A DNA stretch of 64,000 bases, taken from contig CM059432.1 in NCBI GenBank assembly GCA_030390025.1, forward strand, positions 93,002,001-93,066,000, written 5' to 3'. The position numbers and the translations under genes are program-made. A model generated the notes under the pieces. The model was not told the DNA's origin and did not search any database. It saw only the letters and a program-made list of their open reading frames with translations. Source of the stretch: Squalus acanthias (Eukaryota). Of this stretch, positions 14,094-27,135 are shown in pieces. Each line of letters starts with the position of its first letter. The stretch's first letter is position 1.

Positions 14094-14845
14094 GGCCTTA
14101 TTTTGCAGTTGTAATGTCGGCGAAACTGTCGGCATTTGCCATCATTACTCTGTGAAACTGACAGCAACTTCTGGCGTCCACACATGCGCAGTTAAATGCG
14201 GAAATCCAGAAGTTGCGGTCATTGGGTCCCTGCTGCTCCACTGGGTGGCTGTTGAAGACCCTGCAGACAACAATCTTTAGAAATCACTGAACTGTTGAGA
14301 ACTTTCCCTTTTTACATTGTAATATCGCTGTTAAAACCCCCCCCACAAAGTTAAGCCTTGCTCAATGAGGTGTAACTGGGTTTTTAAACAGTGTACTAAG
14401 TCATAACTACTGCTGAACAACTTCTCTAGCACTGAAAAACTAATTTTATATTTGCTGAATGTCATTTTTGCATAACAATTTCATAGGTTTTTAATTAAAA
14501 AATTTTTTTTTGATTTATTTGATATTTCAGCATCTAGCCTAAGTCCATGTATATGTCCCAATCTTGATTTTGTTTTCTGTAAAATTTATAAAAAGTGAAG
14601 GATAATCAGTGCATTTTACTTCCTGGTTTGTCTGAGAGAATTCTTCAATGTGATTGCCTGCTTAGCTTGCTTAATGGCATCACTGTTGCTCGACGCTGGA
14701 GATCCCCTAGAGTTGGCGTCAGAATTAAACTAATGTCGGGAAAGGTGAAATCCATGCTGCAGAGATTGCTACATCTTTGTGGGCAGCTTTCTTTGAGGTC
14801 AGCGGCGAGCGCCGACACTTCGCCGCTGACCGCAAAATCCAAGCC
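14094..14845. mobile_element. Harbinger-type MITE
   Basis: Imperfect TIRs GGCCTTATTTTGC and GCAAAATCCAAGCC, GC-rich subterminal arms, AT-rich core. Confidence 0.6.
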
Positions 14846-15310
14846 AATGAAATATGCCAACAGCGGTCCTCAATTTCAGAAGACAGTTCCACTATATATT
14901 TTCTCAGACTCTAACTGGAGATGAAAATTCTACAGCGAAATCATGTACACCAAGGATCAGATTGAGATTACTCAAACTCTTTTGCTTGTCATCCTTCATA
15001 AACAGATATGAAGAGGTAATTAATTAAATTATCCCCACATACAATCTTAACTAGATGGAAAACTCACTTCCAAACCTTGCATATCTTATGAGAGAATGTA
15101 TGTTGAAAATATAATCCATTATTTAAATCACTAGAATTGCTACTAATTGACTTTATTAAAAGGAAACTATGTGCTTTACCATGCATGCTTACGATCAGTT
15201 TATGAACATATTGTGCAATAAGAGTTGTCCTATTGGTAATTATACTCGGGTTAATTATGAAAGAGGAACCCAAGAACTACTGTACAATGGTCATATGGAA
15301 TGACTACTAC

Positions 15311-15469
15311 CTGTTCCATGGCGTTGAGAACCTTGTTCTCCTCTTCCCCCATCACTCCTTTTAAATAGGCCAATTCCAGTTCAAGCTGTCTCTCTTGCTC
15401 CTTTAGAGAAGTTAACTGTGTGACACTGATTGAATGCTGAGAATTTTTCTCATCCCTAAGTGCTTGAAC
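15311..15469 (-). CDS. Coiled-coil gene exon 9 (VQALRDEKNSQHSISVTQLTSLKEQERQLELELAYLKGVMGEEENKVLNAMEQ)
   Basis: Acceptor tctattacag, donor CAG|GTAGTA, 159 nt, phase 0-0. No stop codon, so the gene continues. Confidence 0.88.
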
Positions 15470-17645
15470 CTGTAATAGATTTTTTTCAATCTCAGAACAA
15501 CTGTAGTGCTAAGCCTTATGATCTAAACATGATAATTTCTCTGTTAGTAGACCTCAGGAAATTAATACTCAACTCTAGCAGAACATGGCAATAGAAGAAT
15601 CTTAATGTTTAATATAGGGACATCCATCTCTGAATATGAATTACTAAAAATAATCGATTGATTCTGGCTGTCAGAGCACTTTAATTTCAGTCAGAAGAGC
15701 ACTCTACTACAAATTATCATTTCATTACTAATAACAGGGAAAAAGTTGTTTCTCCAATGGCCTTACCCATAAGTATTCATTTGAGTGAAAGAAAAAAATA
15801 GATCCAACATACTGAGGTTAGACACTAACTAGCTCATTGTCTATCTTTGTGATACCTACAGTAAGTCATGTTTTATTCCCCTAGTTAATTTTAGCCACAA
15901 TAAATGATCATAAAACCTAATTTATCACGCACAGAACAACAGATAGTAAACTATTTTTAAAATAGCTTACTAACAAATAGTTTACTAACTCAAAAATTCA
16001 CATGGCATAATTATTAAATAAAGCCATTAATATACAAATTTAATGTCTATAAAAAGCTGGGCCTGGAAATTCCTGGGTCCATGATGTGGTGGTATAAGTG
16101 TAGTGGAGGAAGACTTATGCCCACTGAAACTGGAGGAGGCTGTCAGAAATCCCGGGATCAGCTAATTTAAATAATGCTGGCGGGATTCTCCTCACTTTTT
16201 TACTCTTGCCAGCAGGGGACCAGATATGCCTGAGGAGCCCAGAAAATTTGGGAATGGCGTGGAGCAAGGGCAGCTATATTTAAAAGGGCTGCATGCAGTT
16301 AAAGGGCTGAGCAGGATCTTGGAAGAGGCACTGAAATATTTGGTGCCAAAGAAGGGAAAAGGTAAGCATCAAACTTCTGCGGCTGATGTGGAAATGCTGC
16401 TAGTTGTTATATGGAAGTTCTGCATAGCCTCTCCCAAGAGGTTCAGCAAATGGCTGAGCTAGTGGTAGAGTACTTTTTGTTCAAAGTACCCTACGTTTTA
16501 TATAGAAATATAATATATTAGTCAGAATTTTGATTGACATTTTTGCCACAAACTTAAAACATTCTTACCATATGCAGACTCTCAACTTTAGTTTCCCTCC
16601 ACACTAGGCTGCTCCAGTGGCAAGGTGCTCATCCATCCCAGAACAGCTCCAATGAAAACAAAAGCACCCTGATTCAATCTGATCTGAAAGCCACAGGATA
16701 CCACAATACCAGCTGGAAATCAGCTTTCCCAGTTGGTAACTTGGTCTGCTGGAGTCCCAATGTTCCAGACTGACTGAAGGCTGGGCCAAAGCCACACCAT
16801 CTGTTATTTCTATGGAGGAACCCTGGGACTGACTGGCATGTTCCCTATTCATGACATCGCTGCACCCAACCTAAGCTTCTCCATGTGGTCAATAAAATTG
16901 GTTTAAAAAAAACCCTAAATTATGGTGAGTCTCTAGAAAAATAACAATAGGCGAGTACTAGAAATAAAAATACTCCTCACTAGGCTAAAGTTATCCAAAA
17001 TACAGGTCGAGGCCTATTCACTCTGCAAAGTTCCAGTGACTCTCCCACAGCACCACTTTATACTATTTTTTGACTTCTGGTTATATTTTTACCTTGCTGC
17101 ATTTGCCTGTTTGAATCTGCTCGGACTGGTGGTTCAGAAAGGTCTGTTCTTTGCACAGCCCTAAATCTAGCAATGAGAGCGCAGTGCTAAGCACAACCTT
17201 TCCAAACTGCCAGTACTGCTAAATTCAAACAAGCAAACTCAGCATATTAACAAACAGATGGGAATAGAATTTTTAATGGCAAGTTTGTAACTTAGCTAGT
17301 GGGAGTGCTTTATAGACGTATTTAATTATACACAATTAGTTTTTAAATTTAGCAGGGTGTGTGGTCCGTAGCAATGGCCTTCAACATGCTGCTCAATTGA
17401 CTGTCACATTTTTAATATGATGCACGGGACAGCATGGTTCACAAATAAATCAAAAGTGCCGACCCCTCCCTCCTCCCATTTCAGGCTTTCCTCTCCTGTG
17501 GTCATATTAAGTGCTAGTCTGTAATATATTCGTATGTAAAATAACTAGACAAATAGGTTGATTGATTATACTTATATGCAGCAATAACCAAAATAACAAT
17601 ATTCATTCTAAGTATAGCCAATTAATTTTCTTGAAATGTACCTAC

Positions 17646-17808
17646 CCTCTTCAGCTCTTTAGTTAGTTCCAGCACCTGAGAGTGCAAGAGGGCATTTTCC
17701 TTAGTCAAGCGGCCACAGTCTTCTGCCATTTTATTCCTGAGAAATTTATCTTCCTCTGCCAACAACACTCTGTCCCTCAGCTTTTGCTGCAGACTGCTGA
17801 TTTCATCC
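17646..17808 (-). CDS. Coiled-coil gene exon 8 (DEISSLQQKLRDRVLLAEEDKFLRNKMAEDCGRLTKENALLHSQVLELTKELKR)
   Basis: Acceptor tttttcag, donor AGG|GTAGGT, 163 nt, phase 2-0. Within ORF 17622..17843. Confidence 0.9.
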
Positions 17809-17869
17809 CTGAAAAATGTGTTTATAGTAGGTTTGTTAATCACTTAACCTAATAAAATGCAGGGTATAT

Positions 17870-18175
17870 TTATTTGTTCACGATGTACATAATATTGGCA
17901 AGGTAGCATCTACTGCCTATCCACAGTTATCTTTAGGTAGTGCTGGTGGCTCTTCTCCTTGAACCTCAGCATCCTTGTGGTGATGACGCTCCCAGAATCA
18001 TGTTACATAGAGAATTCTAGAACATTGACCAAGCAATGATGAAGGAATGGTGATATATATCCAAGGTAAGATGATGTGTGACTTGGAGGAAAACTTGAAT
18101 GTGATCATGTTCCAATGCCATTGCTCCTCATCCTTTTTGGTGGTAGAGATCACAGGGGTTGGAGGTGCTGCATCC
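17870..18175 (-). mobile_element. Decayed 3' end of the second LINE family
   Basis: Similar to the reverse complement of 12900-13190. Confidence 0.65.
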
Positions 18176-18509
18176 TGTACATTGTATGTACTTCAGCCAC
18201 AGTGCACCAGTGGTGAAGGAATAGTTTTGAAGAAGGAATGGAAGTGGTGTATCCCATGGATCAGTGCTGAGTTAACATTTGTTCTTGATCTCGTATATAG
18301 ATTATTTGAACTTGGATGGAGGGAACACTATTAAAATTTTTTGATGAGACAAAAGCAGGGGGTTTGGCAAACAGTGAGGAGGACTGTAAAAGACTGCAGG
18401 AAAACATGGTCATAATTCCTTCAAAGTTTGAGTGCAGGTAGAGTAAGCCATAAAAAGGCAAATGGCATTTTGAGTTTTATAAATAGAAGCATGATTACAT
18501 GAGCAAAGT

Positions 18510-18527
18510 GTCAACTGTGGCTCAGTT

Positions 18528-18558
<31 letters not shown>

Positions 18559-19488
18559 GTGGGTTCAAGACCCACTCCAGAGACTTGAGCACAAACATCT
18601 CGGCTGACACGCCAGTGTGTTGGAAGTGCCGTCTTTCAGATGAGACGTTAAACCAAGGCCTTGTCTGCTCTCAGGTAGACATAAAAGATCCCATGGCACT
18701 ATTTTGAAGAGGAGCCTGGCCAACATTTATCCGTCAATCAACATCAGTAAAACATATTATCTGGACATAAGAACTGGTGCAGGAGTAGACCATACAGCCC
18801 CTCGAGCCTGCTCCGCTATTCAGTAAGATCATGGCTGATCTTCGACCTCAACTCCACTTTCCTGCCCGATCTCCATATCCCTTGATTCACCTAGAATCCA
18901 AAAATCTATCTATCTCAGTCTTGAATATACTCAATGACTCAGCATCCACAGCCCTTTAGGGTAGAGAATTCCAAAGATTCACAAACCTCTGAGTGAATAA
19001 ATCCCTCCTCATCTCAGTCTTAAATGGCTGACCCCTTATCCTGAGACTATGTCCCCTCATTCTAGACTCCCCAGCCAGGTGAAACAACCTCTCAGCATCT
19101 ACCCTGTTAATCCCCCTTAGAATCTTATATGTTTCAATGAGATCACCTCGCCTTCTAAACTCCAGAGAGTATAGGACCAATCTACTCAATCTTTCCTCTT
19201 AGGACAACCCTCTCATCCCAGGAATCAATTTAGTGAACTTTCGTTGCATCGCCTCCACGAAGAGAAGGAGACCAAAACTGTGCACAGTACTCCAGTTGTG
19301 GTCTCACCAAAGCCCTGTCATTATCACATTGCTGTTTGTGGGAGCTTGCTGTGCGCAAATTGGCTGCCACGTTTCCTACATTACAAGAGTGACTACACTT
19401 CAAAAGTACTTCATTGGCTGTAATGCACTTTTGGACGTCCTGTTGGAGAGCGTGAAAGCCGCTATATAAATGCAATTCTTTCTTTCTT
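18510..19488 (+). mobile_element. tRNA-derived SINE (DeuSINE/SacSINE-like), split by a CR1 at ~18765-19316
   Basis: A-box TGGCTCAGTTGG, B-box GGTTCAAGACCC, tail GCTATATAAATGCAA-TTCTTT. Confidence 0.8.
18765..19316 (-). mobile_element. CR1 3' fragment nested in the SINE
   Basis: ORF 18956..19189 encodes the CR1 C-terminus. Confidence 0.88.
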
Positions 19489-19700
19489 TAATGATAAATT
19501 TATGCAAGGTAATGGTTAGGCCACAGTTAGAATATGATGTGTAGTTTTAGATGGCTCCATTTTAGAAAGAACATTACAACCATGGAACGTATACAACAAA
19601 GATTCACCATAATGATATCAGCAATGGGACCTATAGTTATGAGGAGAGACACAAGATATTGAGACCATTTGCAATTAAAGGCTGAGGAGATTTAATAGAG

Positions 19701-20894
19701 CAAAAAGAAAATACTGCAGATGCTGGAAATCTGAAATAAAAACAGAAAATGCTGGAGATACTCAGCAGGTCAGGCAGCATCTGTGAAGAGAGAAACAGAG
19801 TTAATGTTTCAGGTCGATGACCTTTCGTCAGAACTGGAAAAAAGCAGGAAATGGAACACATTTTTAAGCAATTTTTTAAGATTTTTAAACAGAAGGGAAG
19901 GTCTGTGATAGGATAGAAGGCAATTTCAGATCATAAACTCGGCCCCTATCATATATATATTTTTCATCCACACTTTTTGTCTGTGTCTTTTTTTCTTCTC
20001 TTCCCACATGGCAGCTGTCTTTCATTCTGCCAGCGCAATTCACACTTAGAACATAAGAAATAGGAGCAGGAGTAGGCCAATTAGCCCCTCGAACCTGCTC
20101 CGCCATTCAATAAGATCATGGCTGATCTGATCCTAACCGCCAATCTACTATCACAGAACCATCTCTTGAACCTAACAGAATTGGACACGAAATAGGAGCA
20201 GGATCAGGCTGCACGGCCCCTGGGCCCGCTTCGCTACCCACAGGGCCATGACTGATCCGAACCTAGACTCATGTCCAAATTCCTGCCCGTCCCCCGTAAC
20301 CCTTAATTCCCTTTACTTCTAGGAAACTGTCTATTTCTGTTTTAAATTTATGTAATGATGTAGCTTCTACAGCTTTTTGGGGCAGCATATTCCATGGACC
20401 TACCACCCTCTGAGTGAAGTAGTTCCTTCTCATCTCAGTTTTGAAAGAGCAGCCCCTTATTCTAAGACTATGCCCCCTAGTTCTAGTTTCACCCATCATC
20501 GGGAACATCCTCCCCGCATCCACCTGATCCAACCCCTTCACAATCTTATATGTTTCAATAAGATCGCCTCTCATTCTTCTGAACTCCAATGAGTAGAGTC
20601 CCAATCTACCCAACCTCTCCTCATATGTCCATCCCCTCATCCCTGGGATTAACCGAGTGAACCTTCTTTGTACTGACTCGAGAGCAAGTATGTCTTTTCT
20701 TAATCTTCATCTAGAGCTTCTTAATCTTCATCTAGAGCCATCCTTTGTTTCTTAACCTGTCCCATTACCATCTCCTTTTGCCTTGAATATCTCTTAATAT
20801 CCCTTAACTTCTCCTGCCTTCTATCCTATCCCAGACCTTCTTCCCTTTTGTTCTTTCATCCCCTCCCCCCTTTCCCAGCCCCTGCACTTGCTTA
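19701..20894. mobile_element. Penelope-like insertion with inverted pieces and a 14-bp TSD (GAGATTTAATAGAG)
   Basis: TSD copies at 19687-19700 and 20895-20908. Ends match the 37890-38677 Penelope 3' region. Hammerhead core on the minus strand at ~19799-19836. Confidence 0.75.
20048..20703 (-). mobile_element. CR1 3' fragment with a duplicated 3'-terminal module
   Basis: ORF 20269..20640, followed by two GAAATAGGAGCAGG... units. Confidence 0.88.
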
Positions 20895-21199
20895 GAGATT
20901 TAATAGAGGTTTTGTTTTAATTATGAAGAGTTTTAATAGTGACTAGGGATAGACTATTTCCTCTGGTTGGGAAGACTGTGACAAGGGGTCAGCAATTTAA
21001 AATTGCCACTAAAAGTCTGAGTAGAAAGATTAGAAGACATTTTTTCGGAGTGATTATTTGGAACGCATTTTGACTGCGCATGCACACCCGTTTGGTACTG
21101 CACATGCGCACTCAATCAGGTCGCGCATGCGCAGTATCAAACGGTGCGGCGGCCTGCGTCGTCACGTTTTCCTCGGCTCCGTGCGGAGAAGTACAGGGG

Positions 21200-24100
21200 C
21201 TGGGGGGCGGGGGAAGAGATCAGAGAGGAGGTCGAGAGGAGATCGGAGGTGGGAGAGAGAGAAAGAGAAAATCGGAGGGGGGAGAGAGAAAGAGATCGGA
21301 GGGGGGGAAGAGAGAAAGAGGAGATCGGAGGGCTGAGATCGAGAAAGAGGAGATAGGAGGGGGGGAGAGAGAAAAAGAGGAGATCGGAGGGGGGAGATCG
21401 AGAGAGAGAAAGAGGAGGTCGGAGGGGGGAGAGAGAAAGGAGGTCGGAGGGGGAGAGAGAAAGGAGGTCGGAGGGGGGAGAGCGAGAGAGAGAAAGAGGA
21501 GGTCGGAGGGGGGAGAGAGAAAGGAGGTCGGAGGGGGAGAGAGAAAGGAGGTCGGAGGGGGGAGAGCGAGAGAGAGAAAGAGGAGATCGGAGGGGGGAGA
21601 GAGAGAGAAAGGAGATCGGAGGGGGGAGAGAGAAAGAGGAGGTCGGAGGGGGGAGAGAGAGAGAGAAAGAGGAGGTCGGAGGGGGGAGAGAGAGAGAGAA
21701 AGAGGAGGTCGGAGGGGGGAGAGAGAGAGAAAGAGGAGGTCGGAGGGGGGAGAGAGAGAGAGAAAGAGGAGGTCGGAGGGGGGAGAGAGAGAGAAAGAGG
21801 AGGTCGGAGGGGGGAGAGAGAGAGAGAAAGAGGAGGTCGGAGGGGGGAGAGAGAGAAAGAGGAGGTCGGAGGGGGGAGAGAGAGAAAGGAGGTCGGAGGG
21901 GGGAGAGAGAGAGAAAGGAGGTCGGAGGGGGGAGAGAGAGAGAAAGGAGGTCGGAGGGGGGAGAGAGAGAGAGAAAGGAGGTCGGAGGGGGGAGAGAGAG
22001 AGAAAGGAGGTCGGAGGGGGGAGAGAGAGAGAAAGAGGTCGGAGGGGGGAGAGAGAGAGAAAGAGGTCGGAGGGGGGAGAGAGAGAGAAAGAGGTCGGAG
22101 GGGGGAGAGAGAGAGAAAGGAGGTCGGAGGGGGGAGAGAGAGAGAAAGAGGTCGGAGGGGGGAGAGAGAGAGAAAGGAGGTCGGAGGGGGGAGAGAGAGA
22201 AAGGAGGTCGGAGGGGGGAGAGAGAGAAAGAGGAGGTCGGAGGGGGGAGAGAGAGAAAGAGGAGGTCGGAGGGGGGAGAGAGAGAGAGAGAGAGAAAGAG
22301 GAGATCGGAGGGGGGAGAGAGAGAGAGAGAAAGAGGAGGTCGGAGGGGGGAGAGAGAGAGAGAGAGAGAAAGAGGAGATCGGAGGGGGGAGAGAGAGAGA
22401 GAGAAAGAGGAGATCGGAGGGGGGAGAGAGAGAGAGAGAAAGAGGAGATCGGAGGGGGGGAGAGAGAGAAAGAGGAGATCGGAGGGGGGGAGAGAGAGAA
22501 AGAGGAGATCGGAGGGGGGGAGAGAGAGAGAGAGAGAAAGAGGAGATCGGATGGGGGGGGAGAGAGAGGAAGAGGAGATCGGATGGGGGGGGGAGAGAGA
22601 GGAAGAGGAGATCGGATGGGGGGAGAGAGAGGAAGAGGAGATCGGATGGGGGGGGAGAGAGAGGAAGAGGAGATCGGATGGGGGGGGGAGAGAGGAAGAG
22701 GAGATCGGATGGGGGGAGAGAGAGGAAGAGGAGATCGGATGGGGGGAGAGAGAGGAAGAGGAGATCGGATGGGGGGAGAGAGAGGAAGAGGAGATCGGAT
22801 GGGGGGAGAGAGAGGAAGAGGAGATCGGATGGGGGGAGAGAGAGGAAGAGGAGATCGGATGGGGGGAGAGAGAGGAAGAGGAGATCGGATGGGGGGAGAG
22901 AGAGGAAGAGGAGATCGGATGGGGGGAGAGAGAGGAAGAGGAGATCGGATGGGGGGAGAGAGAGGAAGAGGAGATCGGATGGGGGGAGAGAGAGGAAGAG
23001 GAGATCGGATGGGGGGAGAGAGAGGAAGAGGAGATCGGATGGGGGGAGAGAGAGGAAGAGGAGATCGGATGGGGGGAGAGAGAGGAAGAGGAGATCGGAT
23101 GGGGGGAGAGAGAGGAAGAGGAGATCGGATGGGGGGGAGAAAGGAAGAGGAGATCGGATGGGGGGGAGAAAGGAAGAGGAGATCGGATGGGGGGAGAGAG
23201 AGGATGAGAGGGGAGAGATCGGATGGGGGGGGAGAGGGGAGAGATCGGAGGGGGGGGAGAGATCGGATGGGGGGGGAGAGATCGGATGGGGGGGGAGAGA
23301 TCGGATGGGGGGGGGGGGAGAGATCGGATGGGGGGGGGGGGAGAGATCGGATGGGGGGGGGGGAGAGATCGGATGGGGGGGGGGAGAGATCGGATGGGGG
23401 GGGGGAGAGATCGGATGGGGGGGGGGAGAGATCGGATGGGGGGGGGAGAGATCGGATGGGGGGGGGGGAGAGATCGGATGGGGGGGGAGAGATCGGATGG
23501 GGGGGGAGAGATCGGATGGGGGGGGAGATCGGATGGGGGGGGGAGAGGGGAGAGATCGGATGGGGGGGGAGAGGGGAGAGATCGGATGGGGGGGGGAGAG
23601 ATCGGATGGGGGGGGAGAGGGGAGAGATCGGATGGGGGGGGGGGGAGAGGGGAGAGATCGGATGGGGGGGGAGAGGGGAGAGATCGGATGGGGGGGGGGA
23701 GAGGGGAGAGATCGGATGGGGGGGGAGAGGGGAGAGATCGGATGGGGGGGGGAAGAGATCGGATGGAGGGGGGAAGAGATCGGATGGAGGGGGGAAGAGA
23801 TCGGATGGAGGGGGGAAGAGATCGGATGGAGGGGGGAAGAGATCGGATGGAGGGGGGAGAGATCGGATGGAGGGGGGAGAGATCGGATGGAGGGGGGAGA
23901 GATCGGATGGAGGGGGAGAGATCGGATGGAGGGGAGAGATCGGATGGAGGGGGGAGAGATCGGATGGAGGGGGGAGAGATCGGATGGAGGGGGGAGAGAT
24001 CGGAGGGGGGGGGAGAGATCGGAGGGGGGGAGAGGTCGGATGGGGGGGAGAGGTCGGAGGGGGGGGAGAGGGGAGAGATCGGATGGGGGGGGAGAGAGGA

Positions 24101-26230
24101 AGAGGAGATCGGATGGGGGGGGGAGAGAGAGGAAGAGGAGATCGGATGGGGGGAGAGAGAGGAAGAGGAGATCGGATGGGGGGAGAGAGAGGAAGAGGAG
24201 ATCGGATGGGGGGAGAGAGAGGAAGAGGAGATCGGATGGGGGGAGAGAGAGGAAGAGGAGATCGGATGGGGGGAGAGAGAGGAAGAGGAGATCGGATGGG
24301 GGGAGAGAGAGGAAGAGGAGATCGGATGGGGGGAGAGAGAGGAAGAGGAGATCGGATGGGGGGAGAGAGAGGAAGAGGAGATCGGATGGGGGGAGAGAGA
24401 GGAAGAGGAGATCGGATGGGGGGAGAGAGAGGAAGAGGAGATCGGATGGGGGGAGAGAGAGGAAGAGGAGATCGGATGGGGGGAGAGAGAGGAAGAGGAG
24501 ATCGGATGGGGGGAGAGAGAGGAAGAGGAGATCGGATGGGGGGAGAGAGAGGAAGAGGAGATCGGATGGGGGGAGAGAGAGGAAGAGGAGATCGGATGGG
24601 GGGAGAGATGGAAGAGGAGATCGGATGGGGGGGAGAAAGGAAGAGGAGATCGGATGGGGGGAGAGAGGATGAGAGGGGAGAGATCGGATGGGGGGGGAGA
24701 GGGAGAGATCGGAGGGGGGGGAGAGATCGGATGGGGGGGGAGAGATCGGAGGGGGGGGGGGGAGAGATCGGATGGGGGGGGGAGAGATCGGATGGGGGGG
24801 GGGGGAGAGATCGGATGGGGGGGGAGAGATCGGATGGGGGGGGGGAGAGATCGGATGGGGGGGGGAGAGATCGGATGGGGGGGGAGAGATCGGATGGGGG
24901 GGGGAGAGATCGGATGGGGGGGGAGAGATCGGATGGGGGGGGGGGAGAGAGATCGGATGGGGGGGGGGAGAGATCGGATGGGGGGGGGGAGAGATCGGAT
25001 GGGGGGGGAGAGATCGGATGGGGGGGGGAGAGATCGGATGGGGGGGGAGAGATCGGATGGGGGGGGAGAGATCGGATGGGGGGGGGGAGAGATCGGATGG
25101 GGGGGGAGAGATCGGATGGGGGGGGGGAGAGATCGGATGGGGGGGGGGAGAGATCGGATGGGGGGGGGAGATCGGATGGGGGGGGGAGATCGGATGTGGG
25201 GGGGAGAGGGGAGAGATCGGATGGGGGGGAGAGGGGAGAGATCGGATGGGGGGGGAGAGGGGAGAGATCGGATGGGGGGGGGGAGAGGGGAGAGATCGGA
25301 TGGGGGGGGGGAGAGGGGAGAGATCGGATGGGGGGGGAGAGGGAGAGATCGGATGGGGGGGGAAGAGATCGGATGGAGGGGGGAAGAGATCGGATGGAGG
25401 GGGGAAGAGATCGGATGGAGGGGGGAGAGATCGGATGGAGGGGGGAGAGATCGGATGGAGGGGAGAGATCGGATGGAGGGGGGAGAGATCGGATGGAGGG
25501 GGGAGAGATCGGAGGGGGGGGGAGAGATCGGAGGGGGGGAGAGGTCGGATGGGGGGGAGAGGTCGGAGGGGGGGGAGAGGGGAGAGATCGGATGGGGGGA
25601 GAGGGGAGAGATCGGATAGAGGGGGAGATCGGATGGGGGGGAAGAGAGGGGAGATCGGATGGGGGGGAAGAGAGGGGAGATCGGATGGGGGGAAGAGAGG
25701 GGAGATCGGATGGGGGGAAGAGAGGGGAGATCGGATGGGGGGGAAGAGAGGGGAGATCGGATGGGGGGGAAGAGAGGGGAGATCGGATGGGGGGGGAAGA
25801 GAGGGGAGATCGGATGGGGGGGAAGAGAGGGGAGATCGGATGGGGGGAAGAGAGGGGAGATCGGATGGGGGGAAGAGAGGGGAGAGCGGAGGGGGGGAAG
25901 AGAGGGGAGAGCGGATGGGGGGGAAGAGAGGGGAGATCGGATGGGGGGGAAGAGAGGGGAGAGCGGAGGGGGGGAAGAGAGGGGAGATCAGATGGGGGGA
26001 AGAGAGGGGAGAGCGGAGCGGGGGAGAGAGAGTGGGGGATCGGAGCGGGGGAGAGAGAGTGGGGGATCGGAGCGGGGGATCGGAGGGGAGTTCGGAGAGA
26101 GCGGGGTGAAGGTCAGGAGCTCGGGGAGAGAAGGTCGGGAAGTTGTTGAGGGGAGCATATGAGTGCAGTGGGGAGGGTGGGGGGAAGAACGTGATCCAGG
26201 TCTAAAGTGGGGGGTGGGGAGTGGGATCGG
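21200..26230 (+). repeat. Polypurine satellite built from (G)n(AG)n-GATCGGA/GGTCGGA units, including pure 30-mer arrays
   Basis: The unit GGGGGGAGAGAGAGGAAGAGGAGATCGGAT is repeated at ~22700-23130 and ~24130-24600. Confidence 0.97.
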
Positions 26231-26530
26231 AGCAAGAACGTGATCTATCTTCCCTGCTTCAAAATTTAAAAAAGGTTAATTTAGATGGAGGAAAAAGTAC
26301 AATAAAATGGAACAGATGGAGAATCAATGTGGATAAAAGGGAAGTTGGATCCAGATTTCTTGTGTTTGTTATTTATAGAAATTTTTTAAACTGTTCCTTA
26401 TATACACATTTGTAAGTTTACTATAAATATCAAACACAAAAAAAATCTCAAGATGAACAGAATTGGGTTTAAAATGAATTTTCATTAAAATTGATTTTTA
26501 AATGTTCATGTAGCATGTTATTACAATATT

Positions 26531-27135
26531 GGCCCAGAATTTGCTGGGTAAATATTAAATGCGCACGCTGTTAGTAATGTGTAAAAAAAAAACCAGCAAA
26601 TTGCTGCCGGTAGCCTCGCAAAATCCGGAGCTCAGTCAACCTCATGAGTTTCAAGAAATTGCTGCATTTGCACGGTTAAAACAAATTAACCTTGCCGCAG
26701 AATGTTAGGGCTGGTATTAACGACATAAGAACCCTTTTAATGATGAGATTTATGTTCCTGCAAAGTCACTCAACATCAGAGGCCCAGAAAGGGAAGGGAA
26801 CAATTGAAACTGTGAAGTCGCACTCCTGCAGGTAGTAAATTGTTCTTGGTTTTTAAAATTTTTAATTTTTTTTTCTTTTTCTTTCTCCGTCTTTTAATCC
26901 AATCTGTTCCTTCTCTTTCTCTTTCTGTATTTAATTTGACTCTAATTCACCCTATTTCCTTCTCCATCTTTAAATCTCATTGGTTAAGGAGATAGACTAT
27001 TGGTCCCAGATGTGCAATTAGCCTCACTCCCCATCCAGTAATTTACGGTGCAAAATGTTTGAGCTGATGGACAAGGAAAAACATCCAACTCATGGGGCAC
27101 GCTGCAAGATGCCCTGCTCCAACAAATACTGGCCC
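26531..27135. mobile_element. Harbinger-type MITE, decayed
   Basis: Imperfect TIRs GGCCCAGAATTTG and CAAATACTGGCCC. Confidence 0.55.

Larger units (their letters stand above)
18255..21075 (+). mobile_element. Old CR1 broken into pieces (~18255-18505, 19489-19700, 20895-21075) by nested insertions
   Basis: Collinear decayed CR1 ORF2 sequence resumes after each insert. Confidence 0.7.

Noticed and set aside
14908..15015. Plus-strand exon-like 108-nt segment
   Set aside because: Isolated, with no partner exons; likely chance.
17093..17160. Minus-strand exon-like segment (ttag ... AAG|GTAAAA)
   Set aside because: 68 nt with an in-frame TGA; exons 8 and 9 join without it. At most a poison exon, and there is no evidence for that.
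18510..18585. tRNA-like sequence
   Set aside because: It is the head of a SINE and is followed by the family body and tail.
22700..24600. Regular 30-bp repeats superficially like a CRISPR array
   Set aside because: Head-to-tail with no unique spacers, eukaryotic context and no cas genes.
21080..26162. Very long ORFs (up to 1689 aa) rich in G/R/E
   Set aside because: They are open in all three frames because the purine satellite almost lacks stop codons; not a gene.
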